The position numbers were made by a program, and so were the translations under genes. From an uncultured Bacillota bacterium (GTDB taxonomy: Bacteria; Bacillota; Clostridia; Christensenellales; UBA1242), in contig URWY01000001.1 of the NCBI GenBank assembly GCA_900551705.1, positions 87,953-151,952 on the forward strand: DNA of 64,000 nt, in the 5' to 3' direction. Below, one piece after another: positions 11,701-26,700 of this stretch (positions are counted from its first letter, which is position 1; every line of letters begins with the position of its first letter). The notes under the pieces are model-generated. The model ran no database searches and was not told the DNA's origin. It saw nothing but the letters and a program-made list of their open reading frames with translations.

Positions 11701-14700
11701 TGCATCGTCAAATGGAATGCAAGAAGGTTCTAAACCTTTTGTTACAATCAATATTGCAATAGCAAACGGCGAAAGTGAAGAAACTGCGATTAGAATTGAT
11801 AGTCAAGATAAAATTGATTATTTGAAAAAAGCGCCAACAAAACATTATTTATTGGCTGGAAATTTTGTTTTATCAGAAACAATGGGGGAATTTACAGGTG
11901 GAATTTACGGACTATTTAACGGCAGAAATTCAACATTAAATGTAACATCAACAATGTTTACAAAATTTGCTGGAATTATCAAAAATGTTGATGTTACTGG
12001 AAATATTAGCGCAAAAACTGAAAATTTAGGCATAATTGCGTATGAAAACTATGGAACTATTGAAAATGTTAATGTTTCAAATTTTGTAATTAATAATACA
12101 AAAACAGATTCTTATGTAGGTGTTTTGGTTGGCAAAAACTACGGAAGCATCACAGGTGGAGAAATAGTTGCAACTGTTAAAGGCCTTTATGTCGGCGGTG
12201 TTGTTGGCTTAAATGGAAAAATAACAGAAAATGCAGGAACTGAAAACGAAAAAACATATGTTGGCACAATTTCTGATGTGCTATTTGCTGGAAATATTTC
12301 TGCATCAAATAACGCAGGTGGAATTGCGGCAGAAAATGAAGGAACAATCAAAAATTGCAAAATTGAAAAATGGAGCAATAATAAAGACGCATTTATAAGC
12401 GCAAACGAAAATGCAAACGGCTATTTTGGTGCGATTGCAGGCGTTTCAAGTGGCGAAATTTCACAAACTTACGCTTATTCTTACAATGATACAAAGTATG
12501 ATGTTAGTGCAAACGCTAATGTTATAGTTGGCGGACTTGTTGGTTGCGTAACTGGCGGAGTTGTTTCAGAATGTATGACAAACTTCTCACTTGAGGGCAA
12601 TGGCGAAAAAGTTGGCGCTCTTGTTGGCGAAATCGAAAATGGTTCAGTTGTAAATTGCTATACATTAAGCAAAGTTTCAAATGCGTCAGCAAAAGCTTTG
12701 GCTATTAGTGGTGAAGATAAAATTTCAAATTCATATTCTCGCGCTTATTATGTTGAAAATGGTACAAATACATATTTAAAACAAACTGGTGGCGAAAAAG
12801 TTTTCGTAGCAGGGGATTATGACACATTAACAAATTTCAATCTTGCTTTACAAAATAATCTTAAAGATGAAAATTTGTGGGGATACGATGCAAGTATCAA
12901 CAATGGTTCGTTATATCTTGTTAATGCAAGCGCTCCAAAAGTTGTTGACAAAATCAATATAAATATCAACGAAACAGATAGTTCAAAATATATGTATTCT
13001 GAAAAAGATGGAACGATTAATATCGTCATGTATTTATATAAAGTGCTTGAAAGTTTGTCAGACGGCGTTGCAAAATCACAATTAAATAACTTAAATATTA
13101 TTTCACTTGAAGAAATCTTCGGTAAAAACAACAATTTATTGTTCAATTTAACGGCTTCTTCTTCAATTTCTTTTGTTGGAAATGAACTTAGAATTTCAGG
13201 TGTTGGCAAAACAGAAGTAAATGTTACATCTAAATACGCAAGCACATCTTGCAGAGAACAAAAAATTGTGTTCTATGTAATTTATCCAATTCAAGATTTC
13301 AATTTATATCATGGTTCTTCATCAATGAACCCATCAACAATTATTAAAAATGGCGATGTTGACCAAGTTGGATATTCAAAAACAGAAACATACGCATCAA
13401 ATGTTAAAGCAACAGTTCTTTTAAATGGTGCAAATTACTCAATATTTACTAACTTATTCGCAATAGGTTTTGAAATTAAATCAGGAGAAAATGATGCAAA
13501 CCGCATTTTAAATGGCGTTGGCTCAATTTACAATAATAAAGGAAATTCAAGTTTTGATGACAGTTATAAGTTTATTTCAGAAGGAACTTATACTTTATCG
13601 CCAAGCAATTATACATTTAACGAGAATGAAGACGAAAGATTTACAATCGAAACAATCTTGGCGCTTCAAAATAATGGTCTTGGAACATACCTTGGAAATA
13701 TTAAAGATTCTGATTTTGACATAATAAATGAATTAATTTCAAAGAATTTTAACAAAAATTACGAAGTTCAAGTTGTAAGAGGCGCAAGCAGAATTCAAAC
13801 AACATTAACAGATAGTGAACTTTCACCATCAAATGTGTTGAATTTTGATGTTGTGGCAATTTCTGATAAAAAAGACGAAAATATCATTGTTGAAATTTAT
13901 GAAAACGATATGTTAGTTGGTGCATCTAATACAAGAGATGAAAAAGCAATTTTTGATGTAACAGCAGTTAAATCAACAAAAGTTGGCAATAATCACAACT
14001 TTAATGTTTATGTATCTGTAAAAAGTGATATTAGAAAAACAATATCAAAAGTAAGAGAATTTAAAATTAAAATTTCAGATTCAGAAAGTAAAGTTGTTTC
14101 AACATTGAATTTGACATTAATACCACAAGAAGTTGTAAGCATTTCGCAATCACATTATGCAGCGGATAATACTAAATCAAATGGTTTTACAATCAATACA
14201 AACCCAACAACTGTTTTAAGACCTGGTAAAAATGGCTTACTTGCAATCAATTTGTATCCAGATTATGCGGCATATAGCAAAATTGAAATTGAAAGTGCGG
14301 TTGTAAATGGCGAATATTATGTTTTGTTTGAACAAATGATTAATTCGCAAAATAACGACTATATTAACGCTAGCGGAACAATTGGTTATAGTTCAGAACG
14401 CAACACAAATAAACTCACAATTTATCATTCAGAACAACTTGCAAAAGATAATGGAATGATTTATGTTAGAACAAAAATTGTTGATACTGTTAAAGAGGGT
14501 GTTTATTTCCCAATTACAATCAAAGTTTATCCAGCAGATCCAACAAAAGAAGTTAAGACAACAACAATTGTTCTTTCCGCTGAAACAATAAATAAAGCAC
14601 AAATTACAGTTGACGGCAAGAAAGACGCGGTTATTTCTCGCGGAAACTATGTTGATTTTGAAGTTGCAGTTAATGAAGACCAGGAACTTAGAGATATCCG

Positions 14701-17700
14701 TTGTGTTAATTATGAACAATCTAAGTTGGGTGGAGATTATATCAATATTGTTTACAACACTGCTGAATATGAGATTAGAGATGGCAAAAAGATTTATTCT
14801 GGAAGAATTAGAGCAGGTTTAAACGCAGAAATTAACGGTGATGGCAAAGTTGTTATTCAAACAATTATGAGAAAAATGATTAATGGAAAACTTGAACCAG
14901 AATATGATTCCATTACTTTAAGTATTGTTGATTTCACTGTTGACGGAATGTATATTGAAGGAAAGGCTGAAGATGATAATGTTTTTGTTGCACCAATTCA
15001 ATTGAGACAAGATTTAACTTTTGGCTTTAAACTTTCGTCAACACCAGCGTATAACAGCGCAAGCCAAGACGAACAAGATGCGGCACATAGAATTGCTAAA
15101 AATAAGGAATTTTTCCTTAAAAATATTGCTTTGAATATTAATTATAAATCAAACGACAATAATACTGATTATAACTATTTATACACATTTAATAAAGATA
15201 AATTAACTTTCTCAAATAACACGATTGAGCAAACTGGGGAAGGCGAGAATAAACAAAATAAAAATGGTTATAGTTTTGGTCTTTCAGAAAATGGAGAAAT
15301 AAATGCAAATTTAGCATACAATTTGTATTATAAAAATTCAGATACTAGTTATTTTGATGAAAACGGCGTCAAAAACACAAATAACTACTTTGATGTGATT
15401 GTTGACAAAGATGAAAATGATAAACCTTTATCATCAAGAACATTCTCAATTAATGGTTTGCGTAGCGGTAATATTCCAATGCAAATTAAAATTGCATACA
15501 CTCTTCCTGGCGACCACAATGTTATTAATTACTTCACTTATGACTTTACAATTAAAGTTCAAATATATGAAGATGAAGACACACCAATAGCAATTAAAAC
15601 GGAAGAAGAGTTTATCAGATATATGAACTCAACTACAACTGAAAGTGGCGAGCCAGCAAACTATATTTTGATGAACGACTTGTATTTGACGGATTTCACA
15701 CCTATTGCAAACACAGACATGATTGCATCGTTGGACGGCAATAATAAGATAATTACAATTAGAAACTTTAACATTTCTTCAATGTTAAATAACAATTCAA
15801 ATCAAACATTGAATTTGGCGTTATTCCAAAATGTTGGTGAAAATACAACTCTCAAAAACTTAACAATCAACTTGTATGAACTTGAAGATATTATTATTAA
15901 TGAAGATTTAGTTTCAAACGCTAACATTGCAGGTTTGTTTATTGAAAACTACGGAATTATTTACAACTGTGAAGTTACAGCACTTAACTTAGCAAAAGCC
16001 TATAACACAGATGTTTTGAAAAAAGCAGGCATTGTATCTTCATCTGTTGATCAAGATTTAAACAAAGCATATCGTTTTGCATCTCATTCAGACGGAAATG
16101 GTATCAGAGTTTATTTCAGTGCTGAAAATCATGGAAAATTGAAGAAAGACAGCACAACAGTTCAAATTGCTGGTCTTGGTATCACAAATTTTGCCGCTGG
16201 TAGAATTACAAACAGCCGTGTTGGAAATACAACATTCACAAAAGTGTTTATGACAGACATTGCTCAAAACAAGTCGGCAGATTATAGTTTTGCAGCAGAA
16301 CACTTGACACTTCTTGGTCAAGCAGATATTGCAGGTGTTGTTTTAAGAAATGGAGGCGTTATTGCTTCGTCATTCTTCTCAAATGGCTATATCACAAACT
16401 TGGCTGTTTCTGGAACAGCATCGAAAACAGCAGGATTTGCTATTTATAACGAATTTGGTGGAATAATCACTGGAAGTTATGTAAAATCTTTCAAAAAAGC
16501 CACAGAAATCAATAGTAAATACTGCACAGACGGCGGAATTTACGCAGAAGGCATTTCAGCAGGATTTGTTTATGAAAACAGTTCTAAGATATCAGATTGC
16601 TATGCAAACTTGCTTTTAGGTGGTAGTTTGTCTGGCAGATTGGTTTCAGGATTTGTTTATTCAAATACAACAACTGGCGAAGTTGAAAGATGTTATTCAG
16701 CAGCAACAATTACAGGTAAATTAACAACTCGTATGCCATTCTCAGGCAACAATGCTAGGGGTGACAGCATGCAACTTGGCAAATTTACAAATTGTTACTA
16801 CTATGTTCAAAATTATGATACAGAAACACTTCTTGAAGAAAAATATTCAACAGGTGCATATGCAATTTTGGCATCATTAGTAGATAGTGATTTGTTATAT
16901 GGTTTTGCATACACAAGCGACTCAAAAGAACTTATCGGCTCTGCAGTTGACGGCGTTTGGAGATATGTAAATGGCGAAATCACACTTACATCAGCAAACG
17001 AAGTTGCAATTTCAGTTAGATATTTAATTGAAAATTATAACGGACAAGAAGGTGCAAGAAGATTCCCTTATGTTTCAGGATATGAATATGGTTCTTCTAA
17101 GAACCCAATAATTATAAGAACAGCAGACGAATTTAACAGAGCATTTGGTCAAGAAACAGGCTTAAAAGAAAATGCTTACTATGCAATTAGTCAAAAATAT
17201 AACAAAAATGACGGAACAGTATTTGGAAATTACAGGTTAATTTCACATATTGACTTTAATAATTTACAAAACATTGCAGCGACAAAAGTTGCATCTTCTC
17301 TCATGACTTTAACTGGAAAATCAACAGCACAAGGCGGAATTTTTGACGGCAATGGTTTAACAATCTCTAATGTTGAAATCGCTTTAAGTGAACATACAAG
17401 CGTTGGACTATTCAGCCAAATTGTATCTGGCGCAGTTTTCAAAAATGTAAACCTTACAGTAAAACAAGTTAGTGCAGGTAACGGCGTTACAGTTGGCGGC
17501 GTTACAGGTCTTGTATATTCATCATCACTTATCAATATTGATTTGCAAGCAACAAACTTGAAGGGCGAAAATCGTTCCGAAATCAATGGCGTAAATGTCA
17601 TTGGTGGTATTGTTGGTGTTGTTCAAGGTGACAGCAAGTTGTCTAACCTTTCTTCATCAATTTCAGTTATTTCAAATTATCGTGGCGATAGCGAATATAA

Positions 17701-20700
17701 ACGCAGTCAAACCGAATTCTCAGATTTGAGTTACGCAGGCGGTATCGCTGGTATTATTGATATCTTCAAATCAGCAGGTGAAAGCACTGTTTCAGTTTCA
17801 ACTGCACAAGTGAACAAATTAGCAGTTTCAGGCGAATCAATCATCGTTGAAGCATTCTATGTTGGCGGCGTTGTTGGTTATGTTGGCGAAAGCACAAAAG
17901 TATCAGATATTCGCTTTGAAATCTCTGGTTCTGCAAACTTTGACCAAAAAATCAATTCAACAGGCTCAACAGCAGGCGGTATTGTTGGTGTTAACAAAGG
18001 CGATTTGTCAGAAATAAGAATTGAACATGAAGACGATATTCAAAAGCAAATTGAAGATTCAATCGCTGGCTATAACAAAAATGGCTCATCAAGATATGGT
18101 AATACAACATTGTTTGGCGATGTTATAACAACAAACGATGTTAAAGTTCAATATGTTGGCGGCCTTGTTGGTCAAATGATTTCAGGAAACTTATTAAATA
18201 GTTACGCAAAAGTTGATGTTTCATTAAGTTCAGCGGAATATGCGGGCGGTTTAATTGGTTACAATAACTCTAACGGAATTTTTGACCAAGTTTATGCACT
18301 TGGCGATGTTGACGGCTCAACGGCAGGTGGTTTGATTGGCTTGAATGAAGGTTCAACAACAATCAAGCACGCAGTTGCAATCAACTTCTATTCAAAACAA
18401 AACAGCAACTTGTTAGAAGCGTTGGAACAAGTATCAAATTCAAATAGTTTTGATTTGTCCAAAGCAGATAAAACAATCGATGAAGAAAATAACTTAATTT
18501 TAACAACAAATTTTGGTAATTTAAATGTTCAATATAAATTTGAGCCACAAGTAAGAGAAAATGCTTTATCAATTTCCACTGTTAAGCCTTTTGGCAATAA
18601 TTCTTTAATTATTGTTAGAATTAATAATGAATACTTTATTAGGACTGGCGCAGGAATTTCAGATAACTGGACAATAAATACAGATTCAAATTACGAAAAG
18701 AGTTACAACCAAGATGGCAACACGCTTTATGTGAAAGATGGAAGATTATATAAAACATATAATACAGCAAATAATAAATTGTCTAATGAAATTACAAATT
18801 TTGCTCCAACATACTATTTAGAATCAATTTCGATTTCTGAAAATGGAGTAGACATCTTAACTGCAACAGCCAGACAAAATCAATTAGATGCAAATGGCAA
18901 CATTATTTCATTTAATGTAAATAATATCGGCAGTTTGGTTGGTAAAAAATTAACCGAGCTTCGTATAGGTGTTGAAGTTTTTGCAAACAAATCATTTACA
19001 TTTAATAATGTTAAATTAATATTAAATAATAATAACATTAATAATGTTAAAGATTTAATCAAGAACTTAGACAACTATGGTGGCGTTGCAGCAGACGGAG
19101 CACTCTTAAATAGAATGTTCTTGGCAGCAAACGATGCTTGGGATGCTAATATGTGGGCAAAAGACTCTGATGATATGCTTCCATATCTCATCTTTGGTGT
19201 TGTTTCAAAAGTCTTATATATTGAAAAACCAAAAGATTTTGAAAGACTTTGGAAATATTCAGGAGAAGGATATGTTGTAATTATTGGCGATGACCCAGCA
19301 ACAGCATTTAACCCATATAAATATGATCCAAAAGATTCTTCAACTTTTGGAGAATTTACGAGCGCAGACCTTGCAGGTTTATCTGTTGGTCAAAATGAAT
19401 TGTATTTCAATTTATCAGGAATTCAAGAAACATTTGTTCCATCAGAATTTAAAGGAACACTTTATGGCGAAAGAGAAGGCGTAAAATATTACATTAATGG
19501 CTTGACTGAAAAATCATTGTTCAGCAAGGTTAACGGCGGTGTAATTAGAAATATTGCATTTGGTTATGAAGATGAAACAAAACAAAACAGCAATGTTCAT
19601 GCAACTACGCTTCTTGCAGACAACATCACAAGTAATGCACTTATTGAAAATATTACAGTAAAAAAGATATCATTAAACATCAAAACATCAGGCGGCAATG
19701 TTGGTGTTTTGGCAAACACAATAGATGGCATTGAAAATCTTAAAGATATTCATTTCGATAATGTAATTTTAACATTAGAAAATGAAAACAATAATGAAAA
19801 TAAAGATGAACAAGCAAAAGTAAAAGCTGGTATGCTCTCAGGTGAATTGAGTGCAGGTGAAATGAGTGCAGTTGCTATTATTGAAAATGTTACTTTTACA
19901 AATAGTAAAATTAATATTCAAGGCGCTAAATATAATCAAGTTTGTGTTGGTTATTTAGCAGGTCATTTAACTGACTCAAAAAGTTTGATAACAAAATCTG
20001 AGGTTACAGTTACAGATTGTTCAATTAGTATTAATTCTGATATGACTAATGACGCCTATGTCGGCGGATATTTCGGCAAATCAGATACTAGCACAACTAT
20101 AAATGACACTGATAAAGCTTATGATGGAATTAAAAATGTAACTATTGATTTTTCAGGAGTTCAAACTGGAAAAGTTTATGCTGGCTTGATGTTTGGTAAA
20201 GGACAAAATATAGTCATTCAAAGCGGCATGAATTTAACTGGCGAAATCAAAAATGGTTCAAATTACGCTTTTGCCTATGTCGGCGGACTTGCTGGCGAAG
20301 CAAACGGCGAATTTAGCAACATTAAAATCAATGCAAAAGATAAGAATTTAACAAATGTTAAAGTTAAATCAAATAACACATTTACATCTACAATCGGCGG
20401 TTTAATTGGACATACAAGTGGCTTAACAACAATTAATGAAGAAAATAACATTTATGGCAACATTTTAGTAAATAATTCAATCGAAAATAGCGAAAATAGC
20501 AGCTTTGTTGCAGTTGGTGGAGTTATTGGGTCAATCGGTGCTGGACTTACAATTAATGCGACACTCACAGTCGGCTCAGGCGATGCAACAAAAAATAACG
20601 AAATAAAAGTTACCTCTGGCGTTAATGACAATTACACAGGCGGTGTTGTTGGATATATCAACCAAAACGCAGCAACAATCAGCGGAACGGTTCATGTTTA

Positions 20701-23700
20701 TACAAATATAAATGTAATTGGTAAAAAACTAAGTGCTGGTGGTATTGTTGGATATGTTGGTGTAGCAAATGCTGATGCTGTTGCTGGTGCAGGAACAATT
20801 GTTGCAATAGGTAATTCAGAGGGAGACGAACAAAATTTCACTTTCAATGGTGATATTGACGCAACAATCACAACAGCCGACTACAATATTTATTTAGGCG
20901 GCATCGTTGGATATTTAATTGGAGCAAATTCGAAAGAATATACAAAAGTTGAAAATGGTGTTAATACAGTATTGTCAAATCAAAGTAAAATTGACAAAAC
21001 ATCATTCAAAGGCGGAGCAATTTATATTCACAAAGGCAATTCTGCGGCAATAACAATTCCAAGCCTTAATGTCGGCGGACTTGTTGGATACATGAACCAC
21101 ACATTCATAAGCGGTGGTTGTGTTTCTGGTGGTATTCAAATTGACTTAGGAAATGATACCGACGACACAAAAGTCACAATCACAAATGCAAACATCGGTG
21201 GTGTTGTTGGCTCAGTAAAGGGTGGCGAAAAAGAAAACAATAAAACTGATTATGTTGGTGTAATTGGCACGAAATCTTGGGGAAATATCAAGCTTGGAAA
21301 TAATATGAATGTTGAAAAACTTTACATCGGTGGCGTTGTTGGAATTGCAGCATCTAACGCATGGTGGAGATTTGGCGGAAACCGCACTTTAACATCAATT
21401 TATAACACAAACTTGGGAACAAATAATAAGGCAGATAATATTCGCGCACTTGTTGGCTCAGCCCCAGATGTTGTAAATAGTGGTAACAATGGTGTATCAA
21501 CTGGCCAAGTCGATAATACATTAGACAATTCTTATTCACACATGTTCAATCTTGCAGTTGACAAAGAAGATTTCGGCTCAAATAGTTCAACACTCAATAG
21601 TAGCGATGCATTTATTGTAAATAAGAAAGACTTATTTGGCGAAGACTTAATAACAGGCAGTAAACTAAAACCTGAAAATATCAATTCAAGTTCCCAATTT
21701 GGCACAAATGAAGCGTTTAATATTAAAAATATGAAATATTATATTGCTAATGGCGATATTTCACTAAAAAATGATTTAATTTATGCAAATGCTCATTTGA
21801 TTGGTAACGGTAAAAAATGGGAAGTTTCAACAGATGGTAAATCAGGCTCTCCAATTAAAACAAACAATGGTTATGTTTCTGGCTTTAAGTTTATTCTTAA
21901 ATCAAAATATGTCCTTAACAACGGCAGTTCACTTGCAAATGCTGCGCCAAATGGCATTGCAAACATAAATAATGGCATAATTTTTGCAAACTCTGTTGAA
22001 GTTTTCAATAAAGATAATAGTTACGAGGAATCACATCAAACAAATTCAATAAATTCTGGAGTTGTTGGAACAAACAACGGCTTAATTTCAGATACTGGTG
22101 CAATTTTGCAAATTAAAAATGCACTTGCTGGATTTGTATTTGAAAATAACGGAACAATTCTTAACTCTTATGTAAACGGCGTTGTCCATAATGGAGCAAT
22201 GTATTCTTTCAACGGCGCAAAAAAGGATGCTGGATATGTCTCAAATTGCTACACATCAGTTAGACAAGGTGGAGTAATTGATTCAGCAACCGGCGAAAAC
22301 CCAATCTTTAATGGCACATTAAACAATGTTTACTACGATAGAAATGGCGTTGAAACGGAACAAACAGAACAAACAGGCGCAACAAAGAAAATAACTAATG
22401 AAATGAGTGCTTATAACGATAGCAATACAAACGCTGACTTTGTTAAATCTATTAATAACATAATAACTAGATTTGCTTCTAATTATGAATACAATTTTGG
22501 TTATCCAATGCTTAATGCTGGTGCATACAAAGATTGTGGATATTTACAAAGTTCAACAGGTAGGGGTAATGCTTCAAATAATGCATTAAAAGTTCCAAAT
22601 GTTGGAAAACTTGAACAAATTCAATCGGGAAATATAAAGAATGTTGAAATAATCACAAATTTAGATTATCAAACAAGCGGAATAGGTTCACATAAGCAAA
22701 TTGATTGCATTGTCGGTTTTGAAGGCAATAATTATTCAATCAATAATATTCCAGGAAATGAAAATGCAGGAAATACTAAAAATGGCGGTTTCTTTGGAAG
22801 CATTGGCATTACGGAAACAAGGAAAGAACATACAGCAAATGGCAGTAGATGGACTGGAAATAGTTGGGTTGAATGGTCTGTCAATGACTATAAATATAAA
22901 TTTTATTTCAATGAATGGTCACAAGAATCTGATAACTATGTTTTACATCAAACACTTGTTATATCAACTGGAACAAAAGAAGAAGGCAAAACAATTGCAA
23001 GTTGGGATAATGGAACAAGATATGGCAAAAAATATTCTTGGACAATTGGCAATGATTACTTTAGCCTTTATCCTGGTGCTGATAGCTACTATTTTATAAA
23101 AGGTTATTACTCACAAGTAAATATAACTGAAAACAGTTATATTCAAAACATTGAATTTAATTATGCAAAGAATTCAACAGTTGGTTCTGACTCTTTGGCT
23201 ACTGTTGGGGCAGTTGCAAATATGTTTGCAGGGACATTTGAAAATGTTCGTTCAAGCGGAGCAACTGTTAAAGGTAAAACTTATGTTGGCGGTCTAGTTG
23301 GATACATGATGAATAGTTCTGTATCTGGTTGTTTCAATTTTAATGACATTTCTGTTACAAAACCTTCAAACAACTATTTAATCGCAATCGGCGGTCTAGT
23401 TGGATATGCAGAAGCGACAGATTTTGGCACTACAAATAGAAACGGCAACTATGGCAATGTAAGTGCGGGCGGACAAATATCAAATGCATTTGACATCAAA
23501 GCTTATGTGGGCGGTATAGTTGGCTATGCTAATAAAATGATAAAAAATATGATTGAAAATTCATTTAATATCGGAAAGATTTCAAATGAAATTTACAAAA
23601 CATATGACACTGTGAAAGCATTTGCAGGCGGAATTATTGGTGGAAATAGTTTTGGAACAATTAATGAAACAGCAGTTTTAGCATTTCTTTTGACCAGAAC

Positions 23701-26700
23701 AGGTTCTAATAAACCTGAGGAAATGTTGCGAAATTTATATAACTACGGACAAATACGTTCAGCAAATATTGCTGGTGGCATAATCGGTGATTTGGAAGTT
23801 TGTGATGCTGAAAATGTATTCAATTTTGGACAAGTTGTTGTAAATAGTGGTAGTGATGCTTTTGCTGGTGGAATTGCAGGAGTTATTTCAGTATTCAATT
23901 GTACAATTAAAAACTCAGGCAATGAAGGACCTGTTTCTGGTACTGGTGCTAGATGGGTTGGTGTTGGCGGAATTGTTGGCGGAGGTGTTGTCGATTTAAA
24001 CGAAGTTGGTGGATGTAACGATTCTAAAAAAATTACAGGCACGATTAAAGGCTGTTACAACTCTGGCGAATTGTATTGCTCAAACACAAGTAATCAAGAT
24101 GGTTATGTTGGTGGAATTGCTGGCGGAAATATCTCATCAATTGACGGCTGCTCAATGACTGGAACTATAAAGATTAGTGATGACGAAACCTTTGGTTGGA
24201 TTATGGGGTCCGCTTGGGACGGTGCTTCAATTACAAATTGTTATGCAGAACCAAGCACGGTTGTTGTTGAAAACAAAAATGCTCAAAAAGATCCAGGACA
24301 AAACAATCATACTACTGGAGACAAATTCTATTTAGATTATACTTACGGCATCGCCGTTGGTTCTTATGGCCCAGGGGATACTTATTTTGGAGAAAAAAGC
24401 AGATCCAATTCCTCATATAGTTTTCAATTGATGTGTAATTTACTGGGAAATAATAGAAGTGCAGGATCTGGCTCAGGAAATAGAGTTAGATTTACAGAAA
24501 ATGTTAAATTAACAGAAATATCCATATCTTATCATTACTATTTATATAATCCAGGTGGTCCTTGGGGCATCGGTTCTGGATGGGAACATCAATATAGCGG
24601 TTATGTGCATTGTTGTAATGGAAACGGATTTTTAAATTTATCTGCGGGTACATACTCAATAGATGGAATATTTAAAGAATGGGAATTGAAATCTAGTGGT
24701 AGTGTTCCATCAGCGAGTGGCGGCTTAACTGCTTCATATGCAAACGATGCAAGCATGTTACAATCAACATTGTTTGAAAACGCACATGCACTTGATTGGA
24801 CAAATCAAGTTTCAGAAGATAACCAACCAAAGTATAATAACGGCATTGTTGAAATTGAAAATGCAGGACAATTGGCTTATATTTCTAAAAATGCAAGCGA
24901 TTATGCTTACGCTTCAATCAAATTGATAAATGATATTGATTTAACCGGTTATATCTGGACACCAATTGGTGCAACAGCAATTTTATATTCACAGATTATA
25001 GAGAATGGAGGAACTGGCTGGACTGGCAATCAATATTCTAACTGGCGTCAATATACTTTCACAGCACTAAACAATTTAGGAACAGTTACGCTAAAATATT
25101 TCAGTGATCGCGGCGGATATGTTAATTACGAAATTTTAATTAATGATGAAGTTGTAATGCCTTGTTGGAAAGATGCACAAAAACCTGGAACAAGTAGAGA
25201 AGAGAAGTTCATTTATAATGGAAATACTTGGAATGTAAAGGTTGATAGTTCGTATTGGAATATTGATATTAAGACCGAAGGTATAGTTAACTTTGAAGGT
25301 TCATTTGATGGAAATGGTTATACAATTAGCGGCATGGCGGCATATCATTGGGGGTATGCTGGATTGTTTGCCAATATTGATAGCAGAAATGCTGGAACAA
25401 ACTTTAATGAATTTAAAAATGTTAGAATTGTAAATTCAGTTGTTCAATCTCATAAATGGGCGGGAACAATTGCAGGTCAACTCGCAGGAGCAAGTTGTCC
25501 AACTATAATTTACAACAACATTATCCAAGCGAATGTTTATTCAAGCATGACAAATGGCGCTGCAAGCGTAATTGGCAGAATGGGTGATAACGGAAATGGC
25601 TACAAAGGTTTTATTGTAGGCAATGCGGTAAATTCAAATCAAGAGAAATATGCTTCTTCAGATTCTGGGTATCTTAATGCGGGAAATAACGCTCCTGCCA
25701 TAACTGTTAGAACTAATTATGAAGAATATAGAAAATGGGGATATATTTTTGGAACAGCAAAATGGAGATGGACATCTCATGCTTTAGAAACTTCAATTGC
25801 AGGAGATTTAATTTATCAAAATAGCAGTTTTACAATAGCAAGTTTTACAAGGTTTGATGATCAATTGTTTATTTCGGGAGATAATTTAAAATCTTATAAA
25901 TATTCTTTCTCAAATATTAAACGTTACAGTACAAGTAGGGAATCATACTTGCAAGGCGATTTGAGATGGGACGAATATACATGGACCTTTGACATAAGCG
26001 TAAGCGGAAACTATGACACGATTTTTGATTTTGAGATAGACAATAATTTCTCATATTCATATAATGGGTCAAATAGTAGTACGGATATTAATAGATATGA
26101 CTCAAACTCAAAATATTTTGATTCTAATTATGACTTTGAATTAAATGTTTATGACGGAAATCGATTAATAAAATCATTAAAATATGTCTCAGGTGTTGAA
26201 TATTCATTTGCTAATGATATTAAACCTTATACATTAGCAGGTAATGCAATTACTGGTTATAGAATTATGGGATATTCATCAGTATTGACCAAAGATGAAT
26301 TGACATATAGTGATTTAAGTAAGTATGTAATAATGAAATCTGTTGAAATTGAAATTGTCCGTGGAGATTCAGAAATTACATTTAATGTTGGAAATGATGG
26401 AAATGCTTCTAAAACTTATTCATATACAAGTGCTGGAAAAAATGGCTGGATATTTACTGATGAAAATGAAAATCAAGTTGAGTGGTATACACCAACTGGC
26501 AGAACTGGTTATTGGGTTGATGCAAATGGAAATGTATTTACAGAAGATAATATCAAGAGCAACTTAGGTTCATTTGTTTTGTATTGGATTGATAATCCAT
26601 CGAAAGATTATGGAATGAGTACATATTTCTATTCAATTACATTAGAATTGAATGGCGGATCGATGGGTGAATCGACTGATGATATATCATCTTATGTATT

